This document shows positions 1-8,927 of a stretch of DNA of 64,000 nucleotides, piece by piece. The stretch is taken from NCBI GenBank assembly GCA_963698395.1, contig CAVOQQ010000001.1:68754-132753 (forward strand), given 5' to 3'. The notes beneath the pieces are model-generated. The model worked only from the letters and a program-made list of their open reading frames with translations, did not search any database and was not told the origin of the DNA. This stretch comes from an uncultured Acidimicrobiales bacterium (GTDB lineage Bacteria; Actinomycetota; Acidimicrobiia; Acidimicrobiales; SZUA-35). The position numbers were made by a program, and so were the translations under genes. Every line of letters begins with the position of its first letter. Position 1 is the stretch's first letter.

Positions 1-490
1 GTCGATTGCTGACATGTTGTCGAGCAGGCGCACGAAGTAGTGCAGTGCGTGGCTCATGTCCTCGACTGAGAGGCCCGCTGCGGCGTCTTCGTAGAAGTCG
101 CGGATCAGCGGGAGCGCCCGCTCGTTCCACGTGTCGAATCCGTGGGGGGTGAGGCGAAGCAGGCGCGATCGTCCGTCGTGCGGGTCGCGGCGTGCCGGCG
201 ATCAGCCCTTCGCGCTCGAGGTGGTTGACGACACCGGCGAGGCTTTGACGGCTGACCGCGAGGTAGCGGGCGAGGTCGCCGACTGACATCCCAGGATCGC
301 GGTCCGGTGGCGGGAGCGCACCGAGTACGGCCCATCGTTGTGTTGTGAGACCTTCGCTCTCGACGGCCCGCGTTCCGACTTTGTGCAACATATTTGCGCA
401 TTGGTACAGCCGAAAGAACAGACGATTCGCCAGCTCGAACCGCGTCTCTCCGTGGCAACATCCTGCAATCTCCGCTGTTGCAGAGGGCAT
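1..490 (-). pseudogene. MarR-family transcriptional regulator (BadR-like); apparent frameshift near 195; 3' end runs off the window
   Basis: ATG at 490 behind GAGGAGA. Reads MPSATAEIAG..GLTTQRWAVLGAL..MSVGDLARYLAVSRQSLAGVVNHLEREGLIA (winged HTH). The family-typical RRDPHDGRSRLLRLTPHGFDTWNERALPLIRDFYED.. continues only in another frame. Divergent from the SDR-crotonase-ACAD-ligase operon. Confidence 0.6.
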
Positions 491-529
491 TCTCCTCGTC
501 GTTGGACATGGGACCCATCCTACTCATCA

Positions 530-596
530 AGAATTCGTTCTGGACATATATGACAATATCATGTTATAAATGACGTCAACGCTCAAGGAGGAAGCC
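530..596. promoter_or_regulatory. AT-rich divergent promoter/operator region between the MarR gene and the badH-like gene
   Basis: Locally AT-rich stretch (ggacatatatgacaatatcatgttataaatgacgtca) with repeated ATGAC motifs, between divergent starts 490 and 597. Function is inferred only. Confidence 0.35.
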
Positions 597-1365
597 ATGA
601 AAAGATTCGAGGACACCACAGTGGTGGTGACGGGAGGTGGAGGAGGAATCGGTAGTGCGCTCTGTCGCGGCTTCGCCGCCGAAGGCGCCAACGTCGCTGT
701 ACTCGACCGAGCTGAGGACGCCGCTGCGAAAGTCGCCGACGAACTCTCTTCCCAAGGTGTTCGTGCTCTCGCTGTGTCGTGCGACATCACCGAGCGAGCT
801 TCCGTCGATGCTGCGGTCGCCCAGGTGACCGATGAGCTCGGGCCCGATCGACGTGCTCGTCAACAACGCAGGCTGGGACCTCTTCGTTCCGTTCCTCGAC
901 ACCGTCCCCGAGGATTGGGCACGCCTGATCGACATCAACCTGGTCGGCGCGCTCAACATGCATCACGCGATCCTGCCGGGCATGGTCGAGCGCAACGGCG
1001 GTCGAGTCGTCAACATCTCCTCGGACGCCGCTCGCGTCGGATCGTCGGGCGAAGCGGTCTACGCGGCGTGCAAGGCGGGGCTCGTGGCGTTCTCGAAGAC
1101 CCTTGCCCGCGAACACTCGCGCCACGGCATCACGTTCAACGTCGTCTGTCCGGGCCCCACCGACACCGCCCTGCTCGCCACGGTGACCGACACTGCAGCG
1201 AACCCGGAGAAGTTGCGCGAGGCGTTCCGACGGGCGATCCCGCTGGGTCGACTCGGCCAACCCGACGACCTGGTCGGCGCCGTCCTGTTCTTCGCCAGCG
1301 CCGACGCCTCGTTCGTCACCGGTCAAGTGCTCAGCGTTTCCGGTGGCCTGACGATGGCCGGCTGA
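597..1365 (+). pseudogene. badH: SDR, 2-hydroxycyclohexanecarboxyl-CoA dehydrogenase-like (BadH-like), one frameshift
   Basis: ATG 597 behind AAGGAGG. MKRFEDTTVVVTGGGGGIG.. reads to ..VTDELGP in the 570 frame. IDVLVNNAGWD..SSGEAVYAACK..GQVLSVSGGLTMAG follows in the 832..1365 frame. One extra base near 846 (gggcccGatc). Confidence 0.65.
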
Positions 1366-1436
1366 CCGCGACCTCATGCAACCCGACACCGCCACCACAT
1401 CTGTACACGCCCGCTCCACCCAACTGAAGGACTGCA

Positions 1437-2219
1437 ATGGACTACACCGACCTCATCGTCGAACACCGCAACCACGTCGCCTACATCACGATCAACCGCC
1501 CCGACAAGATGAATGCGTTTCGCGGTCAGACCTGCGACGAGCTGATCAACGCCTTGCATCGCGCCGGCTACGACCGCGACATCGGCGCCATCGTGCTCGC
1601 CGGTGCCGGTGATCGTGCCTTCTGCACCGGAGGCGACCAATCAGCTCATGAAGGCCAGTACGACGGTCGCGGCACGATCGGCCTGCCGATCGAGGAGTTG
1701 CACACCGCCATCCGGGATGTCCCGGTCCCGGTCATCGCCCGGGTGCAGGGCTTTGCGATCGGTGGCGGCAACGTGCTCGCGACGATTTGTGACCTCACCA
1801 TCTGTTCGGAGTCCGCAACGTTCGGCCAGGTCGGCCCGAAGATGGGGTCGGTCGACCCCGGCTTCGGCACCGCGTTCCTGTCACGAGTCGTCGGCGAGAA
1901 GAAGGCCCGCGAGATCTGGTACCTGTGCCGCCGCTACACCGGCAAGCAGGCAGAAGAGATGGGTCTCGCCAACATCTGTGTGCCCGACGATCAGCTCGAT
2001 GCGACGGTCCAGGAATGGGCAGAAGAGATCTGCGCGAAGAGCCCGACGGCGATTGCCATCGCCAAGCGCTCGTTCAACATGGACACCGCACACCAGGCGG
2101 GCATCGCGGGGATGGGCATGTACGCCCTGCGTCTCTACTACGAGACCGACGAATCCCAGGAAGGCGTCAACGCGCTCAAGGAGAAGCGCCAGCCGAACTT
2201 CCGGGAGTTCGCAACGTGA
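1437..2219 (+). CDS. badI: MenB/BadI-type crotonase, 2-ketocyclohexanecarboxyl-CoA hydrolase-like
   Basis: Intact 260 aa with ITINRPDKMNAF, AFCTGGDQ, GPKMGSVDPGFG, KAREIWYLCR and EKRQPNFREF. Sits directly after the BadH-like SDR. Confidence 0.8.
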   Translation: MDYTDLIVEHRNHVAYITINRPDKMNAFRGQTCDELINALHRAGYDRDIGAIVLAGAGDRAFCTGGDQSAHEGQYDGRGTIGLPIEELHTAIRDVPVPVIARVQGFAIGGGNVLATICDLTICSESATFGQVGPKMGSVDPGFGTAFLSRVVGEKKAREIWYLCRRYTGKQAEEMGLANICVPDDQLDATVQEWAEEICAKSPTAIAIAKRSFNMDTAHQAGIAGMGMYALRLYYETDESQEGVNALKEKRQPNFREFAT

Positions 2220-3373
2220 AGATCTCCCCGAACCCGTACCTCGACGACGACCTGCTGGATCTCGCCGAGATGGCCGGCAAGTTTGCCGACGAACGGATCG
2301 CTCCTGGCTACGTCGACCGCGACGCGTCGCGAGTTCTCGACCGCGAACTGTCGGCCCAGATGGGCGAACTCGGTCTGATCGCGCCCGAGCTTCCCGAACA
2401 CCTCGGAGGCCAAGGCACCTCCAAAGTCGCCGCCGGCGTCATCCACGAACAGATCGCGGCCGCCGACCTCTCGATCTCGTACATCAACCTCCTCGGCTCA
2501 CTCAACGCCCAGATCCTCGCCGATCACGGCGAGGCCGCCATCGTCGAACCGTGGCTCCACGAACTCACAGCGGGACGCGTCATCGCGTCGCTCGGCCTCA
2601 CCGAACCACGCGGCGGCTCCGACGCCGCGCAGCTCGCGCTGAAGATGACTCGCGACGGCGACCACTACGTCCTCGACGGCGAGAAGACCTCGATCTCGGC
2701 CGCCGACCAGGCCGAGATCTCCGTCGTGTTCGGCCGCACCGGCGCATCTGGCGCTCGTGGGATCACCGCGGTGCTCGTCCCGATGGATCTGCCCGGCATC
2801 ACGACCACACGCTTCGACTGCCACGGTCAGCGAGCCATCGGACGTGGCTCGATCTTCTTCGACAACGTACGCGTCCCGACCAGCCACCGGCTCGGCGACG
2901 AGGGCGGCGGTTTCGTCCAGGTGATGCAGGGATTCGACTTCTCCCGAGCGCTGATCGGGCTGCAGGTCCTCGCCGTCGCCCGCGCCGCCCTCGACGACGC
3001 GTGGACGTACTCCACCGAACGGACCGCCTTCGGCCAACCACTGTCGGCGTTCCAAGGCGTGTCACATCGGCTCGCCGAGTTCGACACCCAGGTCGAAGCT
3101 GCACGCCTCCTCTGCTACCAGGCGCTTTGGGCCGCAGACCGGGGTCTCGCGCACACCTCCGAAGCGGCGATGTGTAAGTGGTGGGCACCGAAACTGGCCT
3201 ACGACGTCGTGCACGAATGCCTCCTGGTGTTGGGCCACGGCGGCTACGACCGCGGTGTCATGGAACAACGCCTCCGTGATGTGCTCGGCTTCCAGATCGG
3301 CGACGGCACCGCCCAGATCATGAAGACCGTGATCGCCCGCGACCGAGTCGGGCGAGCCAACGTGCCGGCCTGA
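2216..3373 (+). CDS. aliB: acyl-CoA dehydrogenase (AliB-like cyclohexanecarboxyl-CoA dehydrogenase)
   Basis: GTG 2216 overlaps the upstream stop (GTGA). 385 aa with GLTEPRGGSD, DGEKTSIS and QIGDGTAQIM. The first 97 aa of the listed 1925..3373 ORF are out-of-frame read-through of the previous gene. Confidence 0.8.
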   Translation: MKISPNPYLDDDLLDLAEMAGKFADERIAPGYVDRDASRVLDRELSAQMGELGLIAPELPEHLGGQGTSKVAAGVIHEQIAAADLSISYINLLGSLNAQILADHGEAAIVEPWLHELTAGRVIASLGLTEPRGGSDAAQLALKMTRDGDHYVLDGEKTSISAADQAEISVVFGRTGASGARGITAVLVPMDLPGITTTRFDCHGQRAIGRGSIFFDNVRVPTSHRLGDEGGGFVQVMQGFDFSRALIGLQVLAVARAALDDAWTYSTERTAFGQPLSAFQGVSHRLAEFDTQVEAARLLCYQALWAADRGLAHTSEAAMCKWWAPKLAYDVVHECLLVLGHGGYDRGVMEQRLRDVLGFQIGDGTAQIMKTVIARDRVGRANVPA

Positions 3374-3452
3374 ACCGGCTCGAGTCCGGACCACCGAACT
3401 CGAAGACCACCAAGACGACCAGCCCACGAAACGAACGACGAGGGGAACGCAC

Positions 3453-5083
3453 GTGCATTTCGACGCCGACAACATTCCAGTCCGCCGACCAGCGATGATC
3501 GACGCAGGGTTCTGGCTCGACCAGACCATCAACGAATCCCTCGACGCAGCTGTCGCGGCCCACCCGAGTCGAACGGCGCTCACCGCGGTCCGACTCGATG
3601 GCGACACGCTGTCGATGACGTACGCGAACTCGGTGCCGTCGCTGATCGTGTCGCTCTCGGACTCAACCGCCTCGGCGTACGCGCCAGCGACGTTGTCGCA
3701 GTGCAGCTCCCGAACTGGTGGGAGTTCACCGTCACCTACCTTGCATGTGCCCGCATCGGAGCGGTCATGAACCCGCTCATGCACATCTTCCGAGAGCGCG
3801 AACTCGAATTCATGCTCGGCCACAGCGAGGCATCGGTGGCCATCATCCCATCGACGTTCCGCGACCACGACTACCGGGCCATGTACGACGGCCTCCGCGA
3901 CCGAGCTGCCGCACCTGCAGCACGTCATCGCCGTCGACGACGACGGCCCGAGCGGCTTCAACGCCCGTGCTCGCGGCGACCGACGGTGGAGCCCGATCCC
4001 GACGTCGACGAGATCCTCACCGTGTCGCGACCGGGCCCGGACGACATCACCCAGTTGATCTTCACCTCGGGCACCACCGGCGAACCCAAAGGGGTGATGC
4101 ACAGCTCGAACACGCTCTACTCCAACATCGTGCCGTATGCCGAGCGACTGCACCTCGACAGCGACGACGTCGTGCTCATGGCCTCGCCGATGGCGCATCA
4201 GACCGGGTTCATGTACGGGCTCATGATGCCCGTGATCCTCGGCTGCCCCGCCGTGCTCCTCGACGTCTGGAACCCCGACCGAGCGATCGAGATCATCAAC
4301 GAACACGCGGTCACCTTCACGATGGCATCCACCCCGTTCCTCACCGATCTCGCCGACCGGGCCGAGGCCACTGTTGCCGTGCCGTCACTGCGCACGTTCC
4401 TGTGCGCCGGCGCACCGATCCCCGGCCCACTCGTCGAACGAGCCCAACGTACGCTCGCGAGCGAACATCGTGTCGGCATGGGGTATGAGCGAGAACGGTG
4501 CCGTCACCACAACACTTCTCGATGACGATCCCGAGTCGAGCGATCGACACCGACGGATGCCCTCTCCCGGGGACCGAGGTCAGGGTGGTCGACAGCGACG
4601 GCACCACCCTGCCGACCGGCGAAACTGGTCGCCTCCTCGTCCGGTCGTGCTCGAACTTCGGTGGCTACCTCAAGCGGCCGCATCTCAACGCGACCGACGA
4701 CGACGGATGGTTCGACACTGGCGATCTCGCACGACTCGATGAGCACGGCTACATCCGCATCACCGGACGATCGAAGGACGTCATCATTCGCGGTGGTGAG
4801 AACATCCCCGTTGTCGAGATCGAGAACCTGCTGTACCGGCACCCCGCCATTGCCCAGGTCGCGCTCGTCGCAACGGCTGATGAACGCCTCGGCGAGCGCG
4901 CTTGCGCAGTCGTCGTCATCAATGCCCGGCGAATCGTTCACGTTCGACGAGATGATCGACCACCTCTCCAACGAGCGCGTCGCGAGGAACTACCTCCCTG
5001 AGCAACTCGTCATCGTCGACGCCATGCCAACCACACCGTCAGGCAAGATCCAGAAATTCAAACTGCGCGACGAGATCGCGTGA
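3453..5083 (+). pseudogene. aliA: AMP-dependent acyl-CoA ligase (AliA-like), at least five frame changes
   Basis: Pieces of one ligase lie in successive frames. MHFDADNIP.. (3453 frame). RELGAVADRVALGLNRLGV..LPNWWEFTVTYLACARIGAV..LIFTSGTTGEPKGVMH (3701 frame). ANIVSAWGMSENGAVTTT (4374 frame). DTDGCPLPGTEVRVVD..GWFDTGDLARLDEHGYIRITGRSKDVIIRGGENI (4498 frame). PGESFTFDEMIDHL..PTTPSGKIQKFKLRDEIA (4661 frame). Shifts are near 3622, 3905-3990, 4460, 4536 and 4920. Confidence 0.7.
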
Positions 5084-5621
5084 GACCGTCGAGACGACGA
5101 AACTCCGGAACCCACCCTCAAACAAGTGCGGATACATGATTGTTGAAACACTGCAGCCCGCCAGACGGTCGACGACAACCAACGCGCCAAGTCGCATAGC
5201 AGCTGGATCACCGACCGGGTCCCTACGGTGGCGAACGGCAGATGCGAGGCCGAGGTGGCTCGTATCGTCTGGCCCGACCTACGCGGATCAGTCGACGTTG
5301 CCGGCAGAGCGCTGCGGCACCGACGTCGTCGCGTCACGTTCTCGACGTCGTGGCCAACGACCGTGTCGTGCAAGCGGTGGATTTCGACTCGGAGGCACCT
5401 GAGTTCGCCGGGACCATGACGATGACCTGGTCCGTGCGCCGAGACGGGCGGTGCGAGAACCGAGATCGTTGCCGAAGACGTTCCACTCGAGATCTCCGCC
5501 GAGGACGATGCCGTGGGCCTTGCTTCGAGTCTCGAGAATCTGGCACGCTTCGTCGAGTCGTCAGACCCGTCCGCGCTACGTCGTTGCCGATGAACGTCGA
5601 GTCGCAGCGACCGTCCGGACG

Positions 5622-6950
5622 TCAGCCCCAGACGTTTCCGCCAGTCGCTGCGGGTTCTCGACGCCGGGAGAACTGACCGAGGTCGAGATCGAGTCCGGTG
5701 TGACGGCAGGTCATATGGACAGGGTTCGCGTCGTGGTCGTGGCCGGCTTCGATGGCGTCGATGAGCGTGGCCATGATCTCGCCAGCGATCGGCCCGTTCT
5801 TGAACTGGTTCCCCGATGTCCCGACTGCAAGGTAGAAGCCGTCGATGCCGGACCGGTCATAGATCGGTGTCCAGTCGTCGCTGACGTCGTAGTGGCTCGC
5901 CAAACCCCGTGGACGGTGAGGCACCCCGATCGTCGGGATTCGCCGGGCCGTTCGGTAGGCGAGGGCCTCGAACATGACCGGGTCGGGGTTCAGGTCGTCG
6001 GCATCGGGGTCATCGACCCATTCGAGCGGATCGCAGTCGGCCTCGACACCGCCGATGATGTACGAACCGCCCGGCTGCGGCCGCCCGTAGGCGCCGAGGT
6101 CCATGTCGGCCATGACGACCCCGCCGTCGCCGACTCGGAAGCCCTCGGGTGCGTCGCATGACGCGATCGTCTGACGCATCGGTGCGGTGTGAATCCTCAT
6201 GTCGGCCTCGGCGCCTGCCAGGCGTGTCAGCGTCGGGCTCCACGGGCCAGCTGCATTGACGACGATGGGGGAGTGAACGGTCTCGCCATCGTTCAGCACG
6301 ACACCGGCGACGCGGTCGCCATTGCGGAGTACGTCGGTCACTGTCGTTCGCAGTCGCAGGGAGGCACCGTGGTGGCGGGCTGCATCCATCAGGTTCTGGG
6401 CGGCGAGTTGCGGGTCGTCGATGAAGCCGGCGTCGGGCTGGAAGAGTGCGCCGATCTCACCGCGAGCCTCGGCGAAGAACTCGGGATCGTCGGGGAGTCT
6501 CGGTGGTGCGTAGCTCCCGACGTCGAGCGACGGGAACCGTTCGCGGACCTGTCCGGCGTCGAGCCGTTCGTAGGGGATGCCGGCGGTGTCGAAGTGGCCG
6601 GTCGCCGTGGCGTAGTCGTCCTCGGCGGATGACAGGACCACCATCCCGGTTCGGTAGAAGCGTGCCGCCGGGCCGTCGAGGAATCCGAGGTGCGCTTCCC
6701 ATTCGGCCCATTGATGCATCGCTTCCCACGCAGCAACACAGCCGGCGAGGGTGGAGTAGTGGAAGCGGATGATCGACGAGCTGGCCGACGTGGAGCCGCC
6801 GCCCACCGCCGGTCCCTTGTCGACCACCAACACGTTGCGCCCGCCGCGTGCGAGCTCGAGCGCGATCGCCGACCCGATGATGCCGGCACCGATAACGATG
6901 GCGTCAGGCGAAGCGGCTGTCTGGTCGGGAGTGCTCGATCGATCGTTCAT
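5622..6950 (-). CDS. FAD-dependent oxidoreductase (DAO / sarcosine-oxidase-beta-like)
   Basis: Intact 442 aa with N-terminal GAGIIGSAIALELARGG dinucleotide fold. Start overlaps the upstream stop (ATGA 6947-6950). Confidence 0.8.
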   Translation of the reverse strand: MNDRSSTPDQTAASPDAIVIGAGIIGSAIALELARGGRNVLVVDKGPAVGGGSTSASSSIIRFHYSTLAGCVAAWEAMHQWAEWEAHLGFLDGPAARFYRTGMVVLSSAEDDYATATGHFDTAGIPYERLDAGQVRERFPSLDVGSYAPPRLPDDPEFFAEARGEIGALFQPDAGFIDDPQLAAQNLMDAARHHGASLRLRTTVTDVLRNGDRVAGVVLNDGETVHSPIVVNAAGPWSPTLTRLAGAEADMRIHTAPMRQTIASCDAPEGFRVGDGGVVMADMDLGAYGRPQPGGSYIIGGVEADCDPLEWVDDPDADDLNPDPVMFEALAYRTARRIPTIGVPHRPRGLASHYDVSDDWTPIYDRSGIDGFYLAVGTSGNQFKNGPIAGEIMATLIDAIEAGHDHDANPVHMTCRHTGLDLDLGQFSRRREPAATGGNVWG

Positions 6951-7813
6951 GACGCAGTCTCGTCGGCCGTGATGAAGTCTCGCAGCACCGCAAACGCTCG
7001 ATCAGGATCGTCGTGCCAGACGCCGTGGCCGGCGTTGTCGAACGGCACGTACGTCGCGATCGACGAGTCGAGGTGCTGCACCATGTCCTCGCTGTCCTCG
7101 ATGGGAGTCACTGGATCGTGGGCTCCGGCGAGCACCAGGGTCGGGCACGTGATGCCGCTCATGGCCTCGAGGTGATCCATTCGATGCCAGATGCCGCCCT
7201 TGCCGTGGAACTTCAGTGCGAGGTCGTGGCGGAACGTCGAGTTGCCGAAGGCCGTGGGCTGCGGTGTGGGGTTGTACAGCGGCATGCAGTGTTCGTTGTA
7301 GGTGGCGAGCGACGACATGTCGGCAATGCGCTGGAGCGCGTCGAGGGCCGCTTCGCGTGCGACCTCGCCGCCGAGTCGTTCGAAGACTGCAGCACAGCGT
7401 GCGGGATCCAGCCGCGCCTGCGTGCTCGACAGGATCAACTTCCCTGGGTGGTCGGGATGGCGGATGCCATAGACGGCAGCGACCATGCCGCCGGCCGAAT
7501 TGCCGAGGACGATCGGCTTCTCGATCCCGACGACGTCGCAGAAGGCCACCAGGTCGTCGGCCCACCCTTCGAGGCTGTACTCGCCGGCAGGGTCATCGTC
7601 ACTGCGGCCGGCACCCCGGAGGTCGAGGTACACGACCTGAGCAACGTCGGTGAGGGCGGCGAAGTCTGGCTTGAATGCCATGTGGTCGGAGATACCGGGC
7701 GCTCCATGAAGCGCGATCACGGTGGGACGCTCGATCGGACCCCGCTCGCTACTGGTGAGCTGCGCTCCATCGACATCGAAGTACAGCTGCACGCCATTGA
7801 CGTTGACCTTCAT
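6947..7813 (-). CDS. alpha/beta hydrolase (proline-iminopeptidase-like)
   Basis: Intact 288 aa with HGAPG and nucleophile elbow GNSAGG. 4-nt overlaps with both neighbours. Confidence 0.8.
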   Translation of the reverse strand: MKVNVNGVQLYFDVDGAQLTSSERGPIERPTVIALHGAPGISDHMAFKPDFAALTDVAQVVYLDLRGAGRSDDDPAGEYSLEGWADDLVAFCDVVGIEKPIVLGNSAGGMVAAVYGIRHPDHPGKLILSSTQARLDPARCAAVFERLGGEVAREAALDALQRIADMSSLATYNEHCMPLYNPTPQPTAFGNSTFRHDLALKFHGKGGIWHRMDHLEAMSGITCPTLVLAGAHDPVTPIEDSEDMVQHLDSSIATYVPFDNAGHGVWHDDPDRAFAVLRDFITADETAS

Positions 7814-8922
7814 GTGAGGACTGCTTTCTGTGGAGGCATCGGCTTGGTGGAGGGCGAAACGGCCGCCGTTGGGTCGATCAGGTCGATCAACCGTTGCGCA
7901 TCGGAGCCTTCGACGGCGATCACCGTGAGACCGGTCGGTCCGGGCGGGGCGTCCATGATGTCGATCGACTGCGGGGTGAGCTGCACCAGGTACCGCTGTC
8001 CTTCGATGACGAGGCGGCCCTTGGCCCGCACGAGCCCTGGCCTGGATGCTTCGAGTACGGAGCGCAACTCGCTCATCGTCGGTTCGTGTCGTTGCTCCAA
8101 CGTGACGACCGCGAGCTCCCGGTGTATCGCTCCTGCGTTGGCAGGTGCCGGACGGGCTCCTCGCGGAGCGCCGGGCAGGAGCACGTGGGTTGCGGGCGCC
8201 TGACGTGACGAACGAGTCACGGTTCGACCGGGAGCGAGCTGGGCGGCCCGTTCGACGGCGGCTGTCGCGGCGTGGTGATCGACGAGGTCACACGCCGAGA
8301 CGATCACGCAGTGGGCGCTGTCGATCTGACGGTCGGTGATCGACGCCATTGGTTCGAGCAGCGCCGTTTCGGGCAGTTTCGTTTCGGGCAGTTTCGTTTC
8401 GGGCAGTTTCGTTTCGGGCAGTGCGGGTTGGTGAACGGTGGCGGCGGTGAGTTGTGCGGCGCTGACGACGGCGACGATCCGGTCGAGCCGTAATGACGGG
8501 TTGGCGGCGATGACCTGAGCCACCGCGAGCGGGTCGGCCGCTCCGCTGGCCTCGAGCACGATGAGGTCACAGGTGGGATCGTCGGCCAATGCGGCCAGCG
8601 CGTCGGCGAGTTCGGAGGTCCGCTCGCAGCATCCGCAACCGTTCGTGAGCTCGACTCGAACGTCGTTTTCCGACTCGATCAGCGTCGGGTCGAACTCGAG
8701 TGCTCCGACATCGTTCACGATCGCCTTGATCCGGGTGTCGTCGGGTGGGTTCGTCAGCAGATCGGCGAGCAGGAACGATTTCCCGGCGCCGAGGAACCCG
8801 GTGAGAAGACACACCGGCGTCGGGGTTTCGGTGTCCCCCAACGCTTGGGCGCTTGGATCTGGTCGATGCGCGACGAGTTGCGTCCTGAGCGAGAGCCATG
8901 CGGCTTCGATGTCGGCAGGCAT
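7810..8922 (-). CDS. COG0523/CobW-family G3E GTPase (putative metallochaperone)
   Basis: Intact 370 aa with P-loop GFLGAGKS and metal motif NGCGCCE (CxCC). Carries a (PETKL)n insert between the GTPase and C-terminal parts. Confidence 0.8.
   Translation of the reverse strand: MPADIEAAWLSLRTQLVAHRPDPSAQALGDTETPTPVCLLTGFLGAGKSFLLADLLTNPPDDTRIKAIVNDVGALEFDPTLIESENDVRVELTNGCGCCERTSELADALAALADDPTCDLIVLEASGAADPLAVAQVIAANPSLRLDRIVAVVSAAQLTAATVHQPALPETKLPETKLPETKLPETALLEPMASITDRQIDSAHCVIVSACDLVDHHAATAAVERAAQLAPGRTVTRSSRQAPATHVLLPGAPRGARPAPANAGAIHRELAVVTLEQRHEPTMSELRSVLEASRPGLVRAKGRLVIEGQRYLVQLTPQSIDIMDAPPGPTGLTVIAVEGSDAQRLIDLIDPTAAVSPSTKPMPPQKAVLT
8366..8422 (-). repeat. 15-bp in-frame tandem repeat, about 3.8 copies
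   Basis: gtttcgggcagtttc x3 plus a partial fourth unit. On the minus strand it encodes PETKL PETKL PETKL PETAL inside the COG0523 gene. Confidence 0.9.
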
Positions 8923-8927
8923 CTCGC

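Noticed and set aside
1603-3177. Very long ORFs with Arg/Pro/Ala-rich translations (this one, plus e.g. 19725..20654, 22276..23115, 33472..34248, 36921..38825 and 62880..63830).
   Set aside because: They lie out of frame or antisense over genes with clear family motifs and have no motifs of their own. These are typical shadow ORFs of high-GC DNA.
5084-5621. Possible badK remnant or fifth gene of the minus-strand operon. Minus-strand snippet: ..ACQILETRSKAHGIVLGGDLEWNVFGNDLGS..
   Set aside because: There is no start, no recognisable family, and the reading breaks in every frame. Left unannotated.
8366-8422. Tandem repeats (here and at 39092-39180) considered as CRISPR arrays.
   Set aside because: The repeat units are contiguous without spacers, lie inside ORFs and are in frame.
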